DNA of 64,000 nucleotides, filler included, from Atractiella rhizophila (Eukaryota): NCBI GenBank assembly GCA_021432655.1. It is 37 parts of 37 records of this genome, joined end to end, with 100 filler letters (N's around TTAATTAATTAA, not from the genome) between each part and the next. Parts side by side here need not be neighbours in the genome. Positions count along the whole stretch, not along the records: positions 50,692 to 52,300 come from MU272912.1; positions 52,401 to 54,005 come from MU272913.1; positions 54,106 to 55,708 come from MU272914.1; positions 55,809 to 57,410 come from MU272915.1; positions 57,511 to 59,111 come from MU272916.1; positions 59,212 to 60,809 come from MU272917.1; positions 60,910 to 62,501 come from MU272918.1; positions 62,602 to 64,000 come from MU272987.1; 29 more parts are not named here. One strand, 5' to 3'. Shown piece by piece: positions 51,403 to 64,000 of this stretch (position 1 is its first letter; each line of letters starts with the position of its first letter). The notes under the pieces were generated by a model. It saw only the letters and a program-made list of their open reading frames with translations, ran no database searches and was not told where the DNA came from. The position numbers and the translations under genes were made by a program.

Positions 51403-52075
51403 ATGCCAGCTACCCAGACAGCAGCCATTACTCCCATCGCTCATGGCAGTTTGTTGCTCAAACCTACCCATGCGAAGGACGAAGTGCTCATCAAGATTGA
51501 AGGTGCTGGCTTGAATCCAATGGACTGGAAGATGCACGATTTCAACGCTATGTTTCCTTCTTACCCCTACGTTTTCGGAGGAGATATTGCTGGGACAGTT
51601 GAAGAGAGGAAGTGAAGGATTTCGAAGTCAGAGACAGAGTGTGAGTCTTTTTCATCCATGTTGCCATACAAGAACATTGAACTTGGGACCAGGATGGTGG
51701 GAACGATGGGCGGGGCATTTCAACAATATTTTCCTTACAAGACTGACGCTTTGGTTCGCGTAGGTTTTCGCTCGAGCGTTGGAGTAATCATGGCCTGACC
51801 TGGAATTGTAGATTCCTGATACGTGAGCTTCGAGGAGGGGGCAACGCTCCCAATTTGCTCTGGCACCTATGATAATTGGGTTGATGGACGAGGCTCCTCA
51901 TGGATTAGGCTTCAACCCCACCTTCTCTATGAATAGGCCTTGTAAGGGGAAAACTGCACGGGCGATTGGTGGCACCACCTGCATTGGACAATTCGGTACA
52001 TGTTCATCGCCTCTCGCCTGTCTGATATCAAGCTGAGGTTGTTTTCAAACAGCAATTCAGGTCCTTAAATTTCTT
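51403..52075 (+). pseudogene. MDR-family (LovC-like enoyl reductase / quinone oxidoreductase) pseudogene
   Basis: EVLIKIEGAGLNPMDWK, YPYVFGGDIAGTV, GAFQQY and GGTTCIGQF/AIQ. There is an in-frame stop at 51613, apparent deletions, and homology stops after KFL. Confidence 0.75.
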
Positions 52076-54105
52076 TCTCGCTCTCACTACTAGAGAGACA
52101 CATAAACAGAAACTAAGGTACTCTGACACCCTGTCGGCCACCTATGTATCAAAAATGTGAGCTGAGTGCACGAGTATGTTACCAAGGTTCTAGGCCACAA
52201 CTGAAGCCTTCTGAGCTCAGCACAAACGGCACACTACCACCTGAAATAGTGTAGGGTTGGATTTTTTCAGTGTCGAATTTAGTGCCACCAGTTGCTATCA
52301 NNNNNNNNNNNNNNNNNNNNNNNNNNNNNNNNNNNNNNNNNNNNTTAATTAATTAANNNNNNNNNNNNNNNNNNNNNNNNNNNNNNNNNNNNNNNNNNNN
52401 TTTGCGGCAAGTCCGTCACAGAATTTCTAGAGTAAGAGACATTTTCCATGATTCCCCGTAATGAGTCCTATATGAACATGTGTCCGGCAACAACTACATT
52501 CTAGGTAATCTGAATGCCACTCTTGAGCCTTTCCTGACCGCTGCCTGGCACCGATGACTAAGACTGCGTCGAGCTAAAGTTGTTCAAAGACGCGATTCCG
52601 GAGTTTGTGGGCAAACATCGGGTTCTTCTATCATCTTGATCTCTGTATACCAGGAATTACATTGACCTTGCTAGCTTCATATCGCAGGATGCACGTTTAC
52701 GCTCACTTGCCGCTATAACCATTGCTCTCATCGCTTCAAGAGGAATCGATGTCCTCCCTGCGTTTCGTCCACGATCATCCGCCAGGACGTCAGTCCTATT
52801 CCACTAAATCGCCCATCAAAGCTCCAACGTTTGCGCGTGGACTACCGAAATCAACCGAACTCTGCTAAGTCCCCACTCTTTTCCCTTAAAGAATCGGCGT
52901 CAGGAGGAGAGATAACAGTTAGGGGTTACGTGCTCGAAGATGGGTGGAGGGGGATCGATAGGAGGGGTTGAAAAGAACTGAGGGGGGCAGAAGTTGGTTC
53001 AGTTGGCGGCTGCTTTGAAAGGGCAAAGTGCTACTCGATCGGAGAAGGAGGTGCGTTCAACTCTTCTAAGGATATAACGAAATTGTGCTGATCGGCCTCT
53101 GTCCCCCTAGTCTTATTGATATTTGGATATGCTTTCAATTGCCAAAGGATGATGAAGCAACCAAACAATGGACCTGATCCAAATCTAGCCGCTACCCTTG
53201 ATGCTTACCCTCTCGAACGCTCCTCTCCTTTTGACTCCAATATTCTGTCAACCCATGATATCGACCAGCGCCTCACCTCATCTAACCCGAAGCGCCTCAA
53301 GGCACGAGTGCTAGTAACTCTCGATCCTATCGCCTGATGGAGGGAACAACGTGCGATCGGGAGTGCCAGCGATTCGATCAGAGAAGAATCAGGAACATAT
53401 AAGCAAGGGAAAGAGCAGTGGCTGCGGGACGAAGCAGGGTTGGCTAACTGGAGTTCTTCATAGGATTCGCCGTAGGCAGAAGAAGGCGAGGCGAATCAGG
53501 AAGTAGGGTTGTAGGGTTCACGCGTCACGCGTCGCAGTGAGTTAGGGTCAGTTGTGGAGAGCAGAAACGGCGATGAAAGTATTGAGTGTTGAATCTTTAG
53601 TGAGAAAGTCCAAGGCTAGCGCAAGGAGTCTGGAAAAATTGGAAAAGAGTTATTTGGGACATTGCAACATTCAGCGACCATTGCCTCTGAGCTGGAGAGA
53701 GCTGAAGCCTGATTTCGTAAATTCTCTTTCAGAGGTGAGTATTTGCTCGCTTCGCGGCAGGAAAAATGCAGAAATGATAGCGATATGGCTTCACCGTTGT
53801 CCTTAATCTCGTCTTTAAATGATACAGAAGAAGCATTCACGATTTGGCTTTCTTCATCTCGTCGCCTCCAAAGCGCACGTACGCTGGCAGAGTTCCAAAA
53901 AGACTTACAAGACTTAATTCATTCCACAAGGGAAAGAGCTTCCACGTGTGGCTCAGAGGAAGGTACAGTGTCATATGTGATGGAACAGAGGCAACGAACA
54001 GAGCANNNNNNNNNNNNNNNNNNNNNNNNNNNNNNNNNNNNNNNNNNNNTTAATTAATTAANNNNNNNNNNNNNNNNNNNNNNNNNNNNNNNNNNNNNNN
54101 NNNNN

Positions 54106-54569
54106 TACTCCTACAAAGTAATTTGTCATCCCAGGCACAATTTCGCTAGTCATGGACATTCTCTCAAGCTTCCCGCCTTTCTTTTTTTTGTCTTCCCATC
54201 CTTCGACCCCCTTTCCCCACTCTTCTGCTTTCGAATCATTCCACCGATGGTTCGTGTGTTCGAGAGGGAGGGACAGCTCCATATGCGAGTTGATCGGCTT
54301 ATAACGCGCCTTGATAGCTCCATCTGGATCGTCTCGAAGGACTGGCGGAAGGAGGGGATGATTCGTATACGGTTTTGGTGGGCGGGACGGGTACTGAAGA
54401 AGAGCCAACGAAGGCGTCCCGGAAAAGGTGGGGTTAAGGAAGACAGGCAAACGCTGCGTTCATAGTCAATACTCAGTAGCATTCACAGAAGAACAGAGGG
54501 TTCTACCTTTATGATGGGATCGCTGGGGTCATCGTCTGCGTCCTCAAAAGGTGCATTCAGGTCTGACAT
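54106..54569 (-). CDS. RNA polymerase III subunit RPC37/RPC5-like N-terminus, 3' partial
   Basis: DDDPSDPIIK/PVFL...LALLQYPSRP...ARYKP..HMELSLPL...TNYFVGV. Confidence 0.7.
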
Positions 54570-54881
54570 TGGCACATCCTCATCAAGCGGGGCTGGATGA
54601 GCGGAAGGATCTGGAGATTCTGCACGAAAAACTCCCGTCTCTTCCATTTCTTGTTATCTGTTGCGGTGCGGCGAGGTTGGGTTGAATTGCTAAAATCACG
54701 TGACTCTGATCAGTGTTCCTCCTTTCAACCCTCCAACATTGTGACGTTTCGCCTCCACTTGGCACAATGCAATCTCTCTTGGTGGAGTAAACATTTTTCA
54801 ATGGTAATATTCAACCGTTGTACGTACAACTCATTTTGCAAGGATCAATCAATGCTGCGGCTTTCTCACTCAGGCTCCTCC

Positions 54882-55708
54882 TCAAATCTCCTCAGATTTG
54901 ATGGAAGGTATAACTTCCATCTGATCGCGAGGGAGATTTATGCAAACACCCTCTAGTACCTTCCATCTTTCGTTATTCTGCACAAAGCAAGCTTTGCCTT
55001 TCAGCTTCTTTTCTACATCTTCACCATAGACCTTCCTGAGAGAACTCTTCACTCGCCTATAAACGGTCAAGTTTGATTACAATAAAGTGGGAATACTCAC
55101 ATTTTGGTCATTAGGAAATCAACCAGCTCATCACGTGTCATCCCACACTCTTCATGCTCCAACAGAGCCATCTTCATCAAAAGCAGCCTGGGACGAAGGG
55201 TATCCCCTGGAAGCAGCACTACAGAGCCCCTTTTGAACCTAATCCTCTCCCTTGGCGGCTTTGTAGTCGAACTGTTAGTTACACCGCCTTTGACATCCTT
55301 CACAGTTTTGCTCGCCCTCGTCTTTGCTCCTCGAGGACGTGTGGGTGTTGGAATGTCTTCACTGCCTCTGAAGGTGAAAGAATTGTTGAGTTGAGCATTT
55401 GTTGTGGAAGGAGTGGGTAGGAACGGCTGGATCATTGGTTCAGGAGTCACGAGTTTTGATTGGTATCCTTCAATAGTGGGAGCTTGGAACATACGACGGA
55501 AGTCGTATTCTTCGGTGATAGGAGCATTGACCCTTTGAACTGTTTCGTCAACGATGAGGTCGACGAACGGGCGTGGCGCGCTTTCCAGTCCTTCCGTGAT
55601 AGGAGTGGGCAGTTCAGGCGTTGTTCCCAATTGAAGGACAGCAGGATCATTCGATGTGTCCGAAACGGAGGATGAGGAAACGTGATATTCGATAGCATCG
55701 ATTATCGC
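54882..55708 (-). CDS. Unidentified protein C-terminus, possibly winged-helix
   Basis: Open frame with one intron; RPRLLLMKMALLEHEECGMTRDELVDFL...CFVQNNERWKV. Confidence 0.35.
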
Positions 55709-55808
55709 NNNNNNNNNNNNNNNNNNNNNNNNNNNNNNNNNNNNNNNNNNNNTTAATTAATTAANNNNNNNNNNNNNNNNNNNNNNNNNNNNNNNNNNNN
55801 NNNNNNNN

Positions 55809-57410
55809 CAGAGGATCCAGTCGGCAATGTGCAAGAGGTGGTGGATGCACATAGGCATACGACTAAGGCGGGTGGAATCACCGTGAACGTATAGTTTCTC
55901 CCAACCTGTAACGAAAGATACAAAACATTGCTTAATCTCCAGCCGCTCCTGCTCGCTAATTTCATGTTGCCAAGCCCGTCGGCAGCCGCAGATAAACGAA
56001 TCAAGAAGGTGAATGGTATCTAAAGGGAATCCTAGAAGGAATAAGGAGGGACTCAGGAGTCAATCGAAAACATCCCACACTCGTGCATCTTATACTGGCT
56101 GTTTCGGAATCGGTGGGTGTTCCGTGGAGGTGCTTGAGAGAAGTCGTAGGGAATATCTACCTTGGAGCACTTAACCATGTGTCTGAACTCCTCTCGCACC
56201 TGCAGTGTTGGGTGCCACGGCTCAGGAAGAGATCTGTTTATTGATCCCCATGGTTGAGTCGAAAATGAGTTTAGCGTCATTCTTCCAGTGGAGGTGAGCA
56301 AGATCCCCAGTAAAAAAATGTCCATGGATCACGGAAAATCTTGAATCCAGAAGCTGGCGTGATGGAAATGACACCACTGTCTCGTGCCATCTCTGCTCGT
56401 GCTTTTTGCATTATTGCGAGTGCAAGATCCTTTGCTGTTTGAGTGTACTCGGTCGTGGTGCGAATTGGAAGATTGAACAGGTCATATGCGGCCGGACGAT
56501 AGCTGGGGAGGGTACCGTTGTCTTGAGGAAGTGATATACATGGATAGTAGTAATGCTGACCTAGAAGTTGACCGATAAACTTGCAAAAACAACAACTGCA
56601 CTTCCCCTGATGGCCTGTGGCCTTCGCGGAACCAAGCATGTTACCTGTGCCAACATTAGAGCGCCGAAAAAGAAAGCGTAAGATAACTTACCCAACTTGT
56701 TGATAAGCCAACCTTTCCAAACAAACCACTTCCGAGAAGGTGCGTCCACATCCACAACCCTCCACTCAACTTCACCATCGCTTTATAGAATGGGAGAAAG
56801 AATGATTGAATGTTGACTGGATTGTTGGGACCAGGGACGCCCAGTCTAAAAAAGGTATGACAGCGCTTTGCTCTGACATGCATGTCGAAGCCAAGGAACG
56901 AGAGAATGACAAACCACATATTGGAGTCATGAGTAGCATGGATGGCTGCACCGTCTGTTGATGCGATGAAGCCAGATTCTCATTCGTCCTCCAAGAAGCC
57001 AATGTCATCCTAAGCCAGCGCTTGGACTACAGTACTGTGATGGAAGTCATTGTATGTGTAGCCCCTCTTCAGCTTGTCGATGAGATACTCTGCTTTCGCC
57101 AGCGTCTCTCCCAGCTTCCTTCCAAAATCTCCCATCCGATCCCACGCCAGAAAGAAGAAAGAAGAGGAGGAATAGGTGCACACTGCAACACGTGCTGCTC
57201 TATGCATCAATGCCATCTTGACTTCAGGCATCTCCTTCTCCTTCACCCAACGCAATCCCCTACGTCCTCGAAGTGTTCCCTACGCCTCTAAGGTCCACAT
57301 CAAGCTCCAACAACCTAATCACACGATGCTGGTATCTGATTTTCAGCCTTATCAGCTAAACACTACCAACATTCCTCCTTCCACGAATGATGTTGATCAA
57401 GGATGTGCTC
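55809..57410 (-). mobile_element. CACTA/En-Spm Tnp2-family transposase, degenerate
   Basis: IASTDGA, VPGPNNPVNIQSFFLP, MLGSAKATGHQGKCSCCFC and YDLFNLPIRT; stops and frameshifts. Confidence 0.8.
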
Positions 57411-57680
57411 NNNNNNNNNNNNNNNNNNNNNNNNNNNNNNNNNNNNNNNNNNNNTTAATTAATTAANNNNNNNNNNNNNNNNNNNNNNNNNNNNNNNNNN
57501 NNNNNNNNNNCCCAATATCAAGCGACAGCTGATCTGATGCCTGTCTAGAACCCAAGCTTGTGTCAGTTGCTTGACACATAGTCTCAAGGAAGCTTGGATG
57601 ATAGCAGATGTGGTAGGGTCTATGGACGGCATAGGTTGACCTGAAGGTTTCGGGGCTAGTGGAGCGTGTTGGATCGGTTA

Positions 57681-58918
57681 CTATGGAGGTTTGCTGGGCT
57701 ATGGGGAATTTTCGGCGACGGCGGGCGTCGCGGCCATGATCACGGCTAGCTTGCTGCTGCGCTTTCTAATCTGTGCAAAGTAGTGAAAGTGTTGAAAAGT
57801 TGGCGAAAGATTTGTGACAACAATATTCCCTGAAAACTTTTAATTAAGCTACATGATTGCAGTCTGCTGCTAGCTTCACACGCTAGCCGCCATTTCAGCA
57901 CCGTGTGGAGTATAATATTTCGCCAATCCCACAATGTTCCAGCCTCAAACCCATATAATACTATCTCATTTCTTTGTCACGGTTGACCGCAGTCGTTTTC
58001 TCTTGACACTCCTTCTTGATTCAACCGTGTAGGTGAACATGTGATATATTCTCAATACAACAGACACAGTGAAACATGAACCTCCACTGCTTAAGGATGC
58101 CAAATGGGTTCGCAATGAATAATATGAAAGCAACGTAAGAGAGTAGTACAAATCTGAGCAGGATCAATGAAACTACAATGTCATCAATGCCGCCCTCTGC
58201 CCCAATTACTCATCCATCCAGTGTGTGCAAGCCTGCAGTCAGAGTCAAGCATGCTGCAAAGGGGGGTCACATGCAGCAGTCAGGTTGCATTGGCCACTTC
58301 CCATTTCCATGGACATTCGTTAACTTGAGGATGTACCTGTGAATGGAGAGCATCGGAGGCTGAGGTGGAGGAAGCAGGAAGCAGGAAGTAATGCAGCAGT
58401 GGAATGTGAATGGAGGAGGGTATCCGGATGGTGAAGACTGGCAGACTATTGGTGCAAGATGGAGAGGTGGTGACTGGCAGGAAGGCTGCATTTATCAGTT
58501 CACATGCAGAAGCAATGGGCCATAGATGGTGTGTCTGACTTCACGGACAGTGTTGACCAAGCGGTGCTGGCAGATTCAGGGATTGTTTTCTGCTGTCCCT
58601 TCTTGACAGGGGGAGCGCGGCAGAGGGGCGGGTTGGCGGAGGAGACGTCTAGGAGGGAGGGCAAATGGAGGCTGAAGACATGGACCGAAAATTTGGGAGT
58701 GGTAGTAGGTGGTAGTAGCTAAGGATTTGTCATTTTATTTCACCTGGTTTTTTTGCAGTCAGTGTCTCGACCCTGGAGGCAGAGCAGACACCATTCTTCA
58801 GGTTGGCCACTGCGTGTCGATGATTGTCAACATGATTATAGTTCTCGTGAAATGCTAGGTGGCCCATCGGCACCGAATTTTGCCGTAAGTTTCCCCATAG
58901 CTCAGCAAACCTCCATAG
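57681..58918. mobile_element. Complete non-autonomous TIR element (1238 bp) with a 4-bp GTTA TSD
   Basis: The left end CTATGGAGGTTTGCTGGGCTATGGGGAA matches the reverse complement of the right end CTATGGAGGTTTGCTGAGCTATGGGGAA at 27/28. GTTA flanks both ends (57677-57680, 58919-58922). Confidence 0.82.
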
Positions 58919-61900
58919 GTTACAGCACGAAGTTCCGTGCCGACAGGAAGTATCGCATCGTCGAGAACCCTTGTAATGGTGATAGGCATTTCCAATCTAA
59001 GTCCAGGAGACTTGTACGAAGGAGTATGGAGAAACTGTGTTGGATGGGGTTTGGTGTCGGATGAAGATCGGTGTTGGATGGGGGTTGGATTGACACCTTT
59101 CCGTCATTCACNNNNNNNNNNNNNNNNNNNNNNNNNNNNNNNNNNNNNNNNNNNNTTAATTAATTAANNNNNNNNNNNNNNNNNNNNNNNNNNNNNNNNN
59201 NNNNNNNNNNNAACGGATTCCAAGAGCATAAATAGACAGCTAGCCAATAATGGAGAGTTGACGTCTGTAAAGTTACAGTAAATGGTAAGGCTTTGCTGCA
59301 CTTCACCAACAACATGTGTTCCGTTTGTTACCGCAGGAGCAAACCAATAATTGTCCTCGCTTAGAAAGAGGTTGCGCAACGACAATGAAGCTGTTGGTAC
59401 TGAACAACCAAATTGTCCAAGGCATATCAGAAGGCTGACGTCAAGAGACGATACACAATCTCTGAAGAATACCCTCTAGACTAGCACCGTGCAACTGAAG
59501 AACATTCGAACAGCAAAGTGAAGGAGAAACATTGAAAACGAAAGTCGTTTTCAAGACTAACTGAATATTCGCAAAGAAGTTATGTCTCCACCCTCATCCT
59601 TTCTCGAGCTCAGTATACACACATTTCACCCCATGAAGCCACAAAATAAAGGGAGAGCATGCTCCAAACTGAACAAGCAGCTGGAACAACAGGATACAAA
59701 CATTAATGAACTCAATATCCAGGTCCTGCAGGCATGGACGCCTTCAAAATTGGTCCACAGTCTAAATCATACACGAACAAAGCATTGACCGCTAATCCTG
59801 TGCTTCCCTCTCTTGTATGACAGGCTCTGTCCATCCTTTGCCCTGCAGAAGGGAACGCACCTCAGGTTCCAAAGGCTCCATTCCGTCCTCAAGCACCTCT
59901 CCACCTGTAATCAATCCAAGGGAACTACCGAGACTCCTCTCGCTCAGCCTCTCAGGAGTAAGACCATCGTCAACTGAAGGATAGACCGAATTAGGGCTGA
60001 ACAAGCATTCGAGGGTGAGGAAGGTCCATGATCCGTCGATTTTGAGGTCGGTAGCGTGTCTGCGGGGACGGAAGAAGAGGATCTCTTCCCCTTGCCCGAA
60101 TGGAGAAGAGGGAAGGCCGCGGGTTACAAATGAGAGGACCAGGATATTGGGGTTCACTGTTCCAGCCATTCTTGCCTCAGTGTGTCGGCGGTTTAGCGAT
60201 CGGAGGGAGGGAGATACGAGAAACCAGGACAAAAGGCGCCGGTGAAGGCGTTAGATGGAGCAAGACTGAGCTGTGAGGAGGGAAGGAACGAGACGCAGGT
60301 TAGTCGATTGATTGCTTTTGTTTGGTGGGGTTGGTCGGATCTCGCTTTGGGCACGTTGTATTCTTTCAGCCAGTCAGCAAGCAGGTTACTGCTTCTACTT
60401 CTATTTGGGTCTTTGCACTGTCATCTTGTATACTGTATCAGTTGGCGAGATGTTAAATGGTGTTGCAATTTATTGAACTGCTACACCGTTTAAGATCAGA
60501 AGCGATTTTGAAAGTTTACAATATTCAATGTAAAGAAGGCAGAAGAATGTGTTCCATGAACTTTACCTCAGAAAATGGCGACGGAGGAGTGTCTAGCTTT
60601 TGCGCAATGACGATATTCCGGACATAATGGATGAACAATGATATTGACGATGTATTATCAAAGCACGACATGGAAAATGGACGGGGGCACCATTCGGCCA
60701 CAAAGGAAAGGCATGAAGTAGAAGTGATTAAAGCGATGAGGATTTTTAGAGCTAAGGACTCTCAACGTCCACGATTAGGCCGGTTGATACAGAGAAGACA
60801 CAGACGCGANNNNNNNNNNNNNNNNNNNNNNNNNNNNNNNNNNNNNNNNNNNNTTAATTAATTAANNNNNNNNNNNNNNNNNNNNNNNNNNNNNNNNNNN
60901 NNNNNNNNNCATATCATACTTCGTCACATTTTCTTTCTTGATGAGTACATTGATGGCTACAAATACTCATCTAATTTGTGAGTCACGAATAGGAGTAGGA
61001 TGGGTTGAGCACGTATCTACTACGAGAGCAAGATCCACCTCGAGGTGGTGGGTTCAAAGGTTCAAATCTAACGTTTAATGGAATTGTGGCTACTAGGGTA
61101 AAATTGAGGGTGTGAACAAGCGTGAAGATTTCTTGGTTTCGGGCAGGGAGATAGTCACCGTGGCTGACCTAATGTCGAGGCGAGGCAGTTGAAGAAGATG
61201 AACTGTAAGCCGCATCATTCCCTCATGAGTCCAGCCCCTTCTGCTTGCATAGGAGGCAGTGTTTAAAAGAAACGACTGATGTGGACAAGTGATAAATTTA
61301 TTTCCCTAATAACGACTTTTCATGAGCGTATTCAATCAATATACGTCATGTCTGCTTTACTCGCCCTCCCCATGTGTTTCCATCGTTTGCGATTCCTCAC
61401 CCTCTCTTCTTATAATCCCCTACGTCCCGTATCATCTTTCTATTTCATACAACTTCTCTCATCCTTTAAAACAACCTCTCTGAGGCTGCATCCAGAATAT
61501 CTTGCTGAAAACATAGTCATGTAGAGCATAAAAAGGCGAGTATTGATAAGATTCGTGATTCCTTCATCAGCGCGGATCATGATAGAAGTATGCATAGTAC
61601 TACTGAGCCCCGAACGCCAATCGCAACGCCTGCAAGTGCTCTATCTGTCAAGAAAACGGCAACAGAACCTGGTTGTTCTTTCACCAGAGTTCACCATATA
61701 AGCTACGGACCCCAACGAAACTTGCCGATATTTCGAACAATGCCATGAGGTAATGTGCTGCCACTTTCTTTCATACAATTACCGTAGAACAGGTTAACGA
61801 GTCCTTGGTCAAATAGACTGGCCATGAGTTCTAAATTGAACAGAAATGCGGCTCCCACAACGACGCCAAGGCATTCGCCGAGGCAAGGACATGGTGTTGT

Positions 61901-62601
61901 GGTTGAAAAGTGTTCTGCTTTGACTTGATAGCAACGAAATGCTGAACAGGTGAAATGTAGGTAAAATGAACATTTCGCCAGGAAGGTGATGGCATGCAGC
62001 TCATCCTCTCTGCTCCTTTGATGGGAGAACAGGCTACTTGTACAGTCATTTGTGTATGTTTTAAATTCAGGAGAGACATGTCCGCCGACAGATTCTCAAT
62101 GTAAATAAACAGAAAGCGCAAATGCATATGAAGGCAAGGGATGTCATTCCACCCATTATGGCAATTTTATGCCCTGCGTAGCCGCAAAAAAGTGTGTCCG
62201 GCCTTTCTTGCCGCTGGAGGTCCAGACTCTTCCATGATCTTCCTGGCTCCTCAATCCTTCAATGTGGGATCGACTAGGTGATAATGACCTTCAGAGCGTC
62301 CTAACTCTGCTGCAAACAAACATCTCATCGAGTCCCTTCGCAGTGGAAACCCCGGGGAACGCCACCACATGAACATCATCGACTAACACGAAAAGTTGAA
62401 CACTTTTACCTACCCGTGTGCCGTTCCCCCACCTCCGATCCTTACCACGACACAGATCACTGACAGGAGCACTGCCTTTAATAACCCTCAGTTCTATAAA
62501 CNNNNNNNNNNNNNNNNNNNNNNNNNNNNNNNNNNNNNNNNNNNNTTAATTAATTAANNNNNNNNNNNNNNNNNNNNNNNNNNNNNNNNNNNNNNNNNNN
62601 N

Positions 62602-63975
62602 GGAGCGGTGAGCACGACTGGTGGTAGACCTCGTTGCTCCTCGCGAACGCCTGGCAGTTGCAGCCCCTCGTCGTCCATCTTGCGAATTACCACGATCAGT
62701 CGGCAATTTCCAACGCAGCACATCGCCGACGACTTAAATCACTATTGCCGCAACAAGGATTCAAATTCGGGAAGGAACCTTTGGAAGGTCAAGAAATGTC
62801 AAAACTCCTTGTGCAAGTAACGGTATACGGCCATGAAAGGCCTAAGCTATACCCTCGAACTGTTGCCAATATGGAGTTCCCCCTGTCAAAGGAGACGATG
62901 GCGCAGCCTGGCACTTCAATAGGAACTGCAAACCTTGACAGGAGGCTGATCGAACTCACGATGAGTTTTCTGAACGACTTCAAGAGTTCGAGTGACGCGA
63001 AATGCCAATTCTGTGGTATGTGGTCGATTCCTCAGAACATGTCGGATATCTGGACTTTACCCTAAATCAAATGTTCACGAGAAAAAATTTTAATAAGGGG
63101 AAGCTAGCCTACGAAAATAAATGCCTTGCTCTGTGTATTTGGAGCTTTCGTGCTAGGGAAATGAGAATGAACGTCCGCTTTCACATCGTAAGGCCGAAGA
63201 GCTCCTGTGATGGATGTGACAATCTTTCCATTCCATCCATAAAAGGCATCAGAAATGGAGAAGGAGCCACAATAATGCTATTCCATCCCATCAAGTTTCC
63301 AACTTTTATACCTTCGTCACCATTCTTGAATGGCATGATCCCTTTTACCCTGTTGCTATCATTCTCTTTCATTCTTAAGCGCTTGCTCATCCATGGGACA
63401 GGTGTAAAACCAGCACGCGAAAATGTACAACAAACGCTCCCATTCACGCATCTTCAACCACCAAGGGCACGAATATTAGTCCACCCAATCTGCAACACCA
63501 TCACTGGTCCGTGCCGCGGCTCCCTCTTCTCGATGCAAAAAGCGTTTCGAGAGTCACTCGGGAAACCTGGCGGCCCAAAGGAGGGATTTGGCCTAGAGGA
63601 TTGGGAGAAGATTTGTCCGCCGCCCAAGATCGGAGAGCTCAAGGACGATGAGGAAGGAGAAGGAACGGATGCTGGGGGAGAAGCTGAGGAGAAGGAACTG
63701 TATCCGCGAAATGGCACATGTGCCTTCTGTAAGCTCGAACGAGAAGGAATACCTAAGACGTGCTCACGGTGCAAGTTGACTAGGTCCGTTGTTTCCTGAA
63801 TTTTTCTGGCTGATTTCATTGAATCGTTTCCTAGATATTGTTCCCCTGTTGTGAGTTTGGTGATTGAAAGATTTAGCCCATTTTGAAACACTCCTTGTAG
63901 TGCCAGAAGGCAGATTGGAAGCGACATAAAGAAATTTGTGATGCCATTAAGCTCCTAAAACGAATAGATGAAGTG
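62602..63975 (+). CDS. MYND zinc-finger protein, multi-intron, 5' partial
   Basis: CAFC...CSRCKLTR/YCSPV/CQKADWKRHKEIC, assembled through a 16-nt micro-exon at 63835-63850. Confidence 0.85.
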
Positions 63976-64000
63976 AGCATTTCTTTTCGATATGTAAAGA

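Noticed and set aside
59212..62501. Short ORFs on two contigs (e.g. 59792-60232 and 61831-62127)
   Set aside because: No recognisable domain and no reliable exon chain.

Overview
This window is not contiguous DNA. It holds 37 short assembly contigs (~1.6-1.7 kb, roughly decreasing in size; the last is cut by the window edge) joined by an artificial 100-nt linker (44 N + TTAATTAATTAA + 44 N), so neighbourhoods across linkers carry no meaning. The source is a eukaryote with many 45-60 nt GT-AG introns and fungal-type genes, most consistent with a basidiomycete. Recognisable partial genes include STN1-like, a STAND-NTPase/TPR NLR, a cytochrome P450, GH5_12, SET1, an MFS sugar porter, an M16C peptidase, an F-box protein, ZIP4/SPO22-like, a GH27 alpha-galactosidase, an NCS1 permease, CARNMT1-like, CCT7, RPC37-like and a MYND finger protein. 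Decayed transposons are also present (Tc1-like DDE, two Helitrons, a CACTA Tnp2, hAT-like termini). Three things stand out, none represented in the ORF track. (1) A tandem cluster of tiny spliced secreted-peptide genes at 17961-19429; the intact copy encodes a 59-aa prepropeptide with a predicted 24-aa, 8-Cys mature peptide KVICDIFPGDCCGDGTCCGCWGCC. (2) A complete 1238-bp TIR element with a 4-bp GTTA target-site duplication at 57681-58918. (3) A hAT-like family whose TIR occurs on two contigs, one end followed by a ~162-bp tandem array. All product calls come from recognising motifs by eye; no database search was run.
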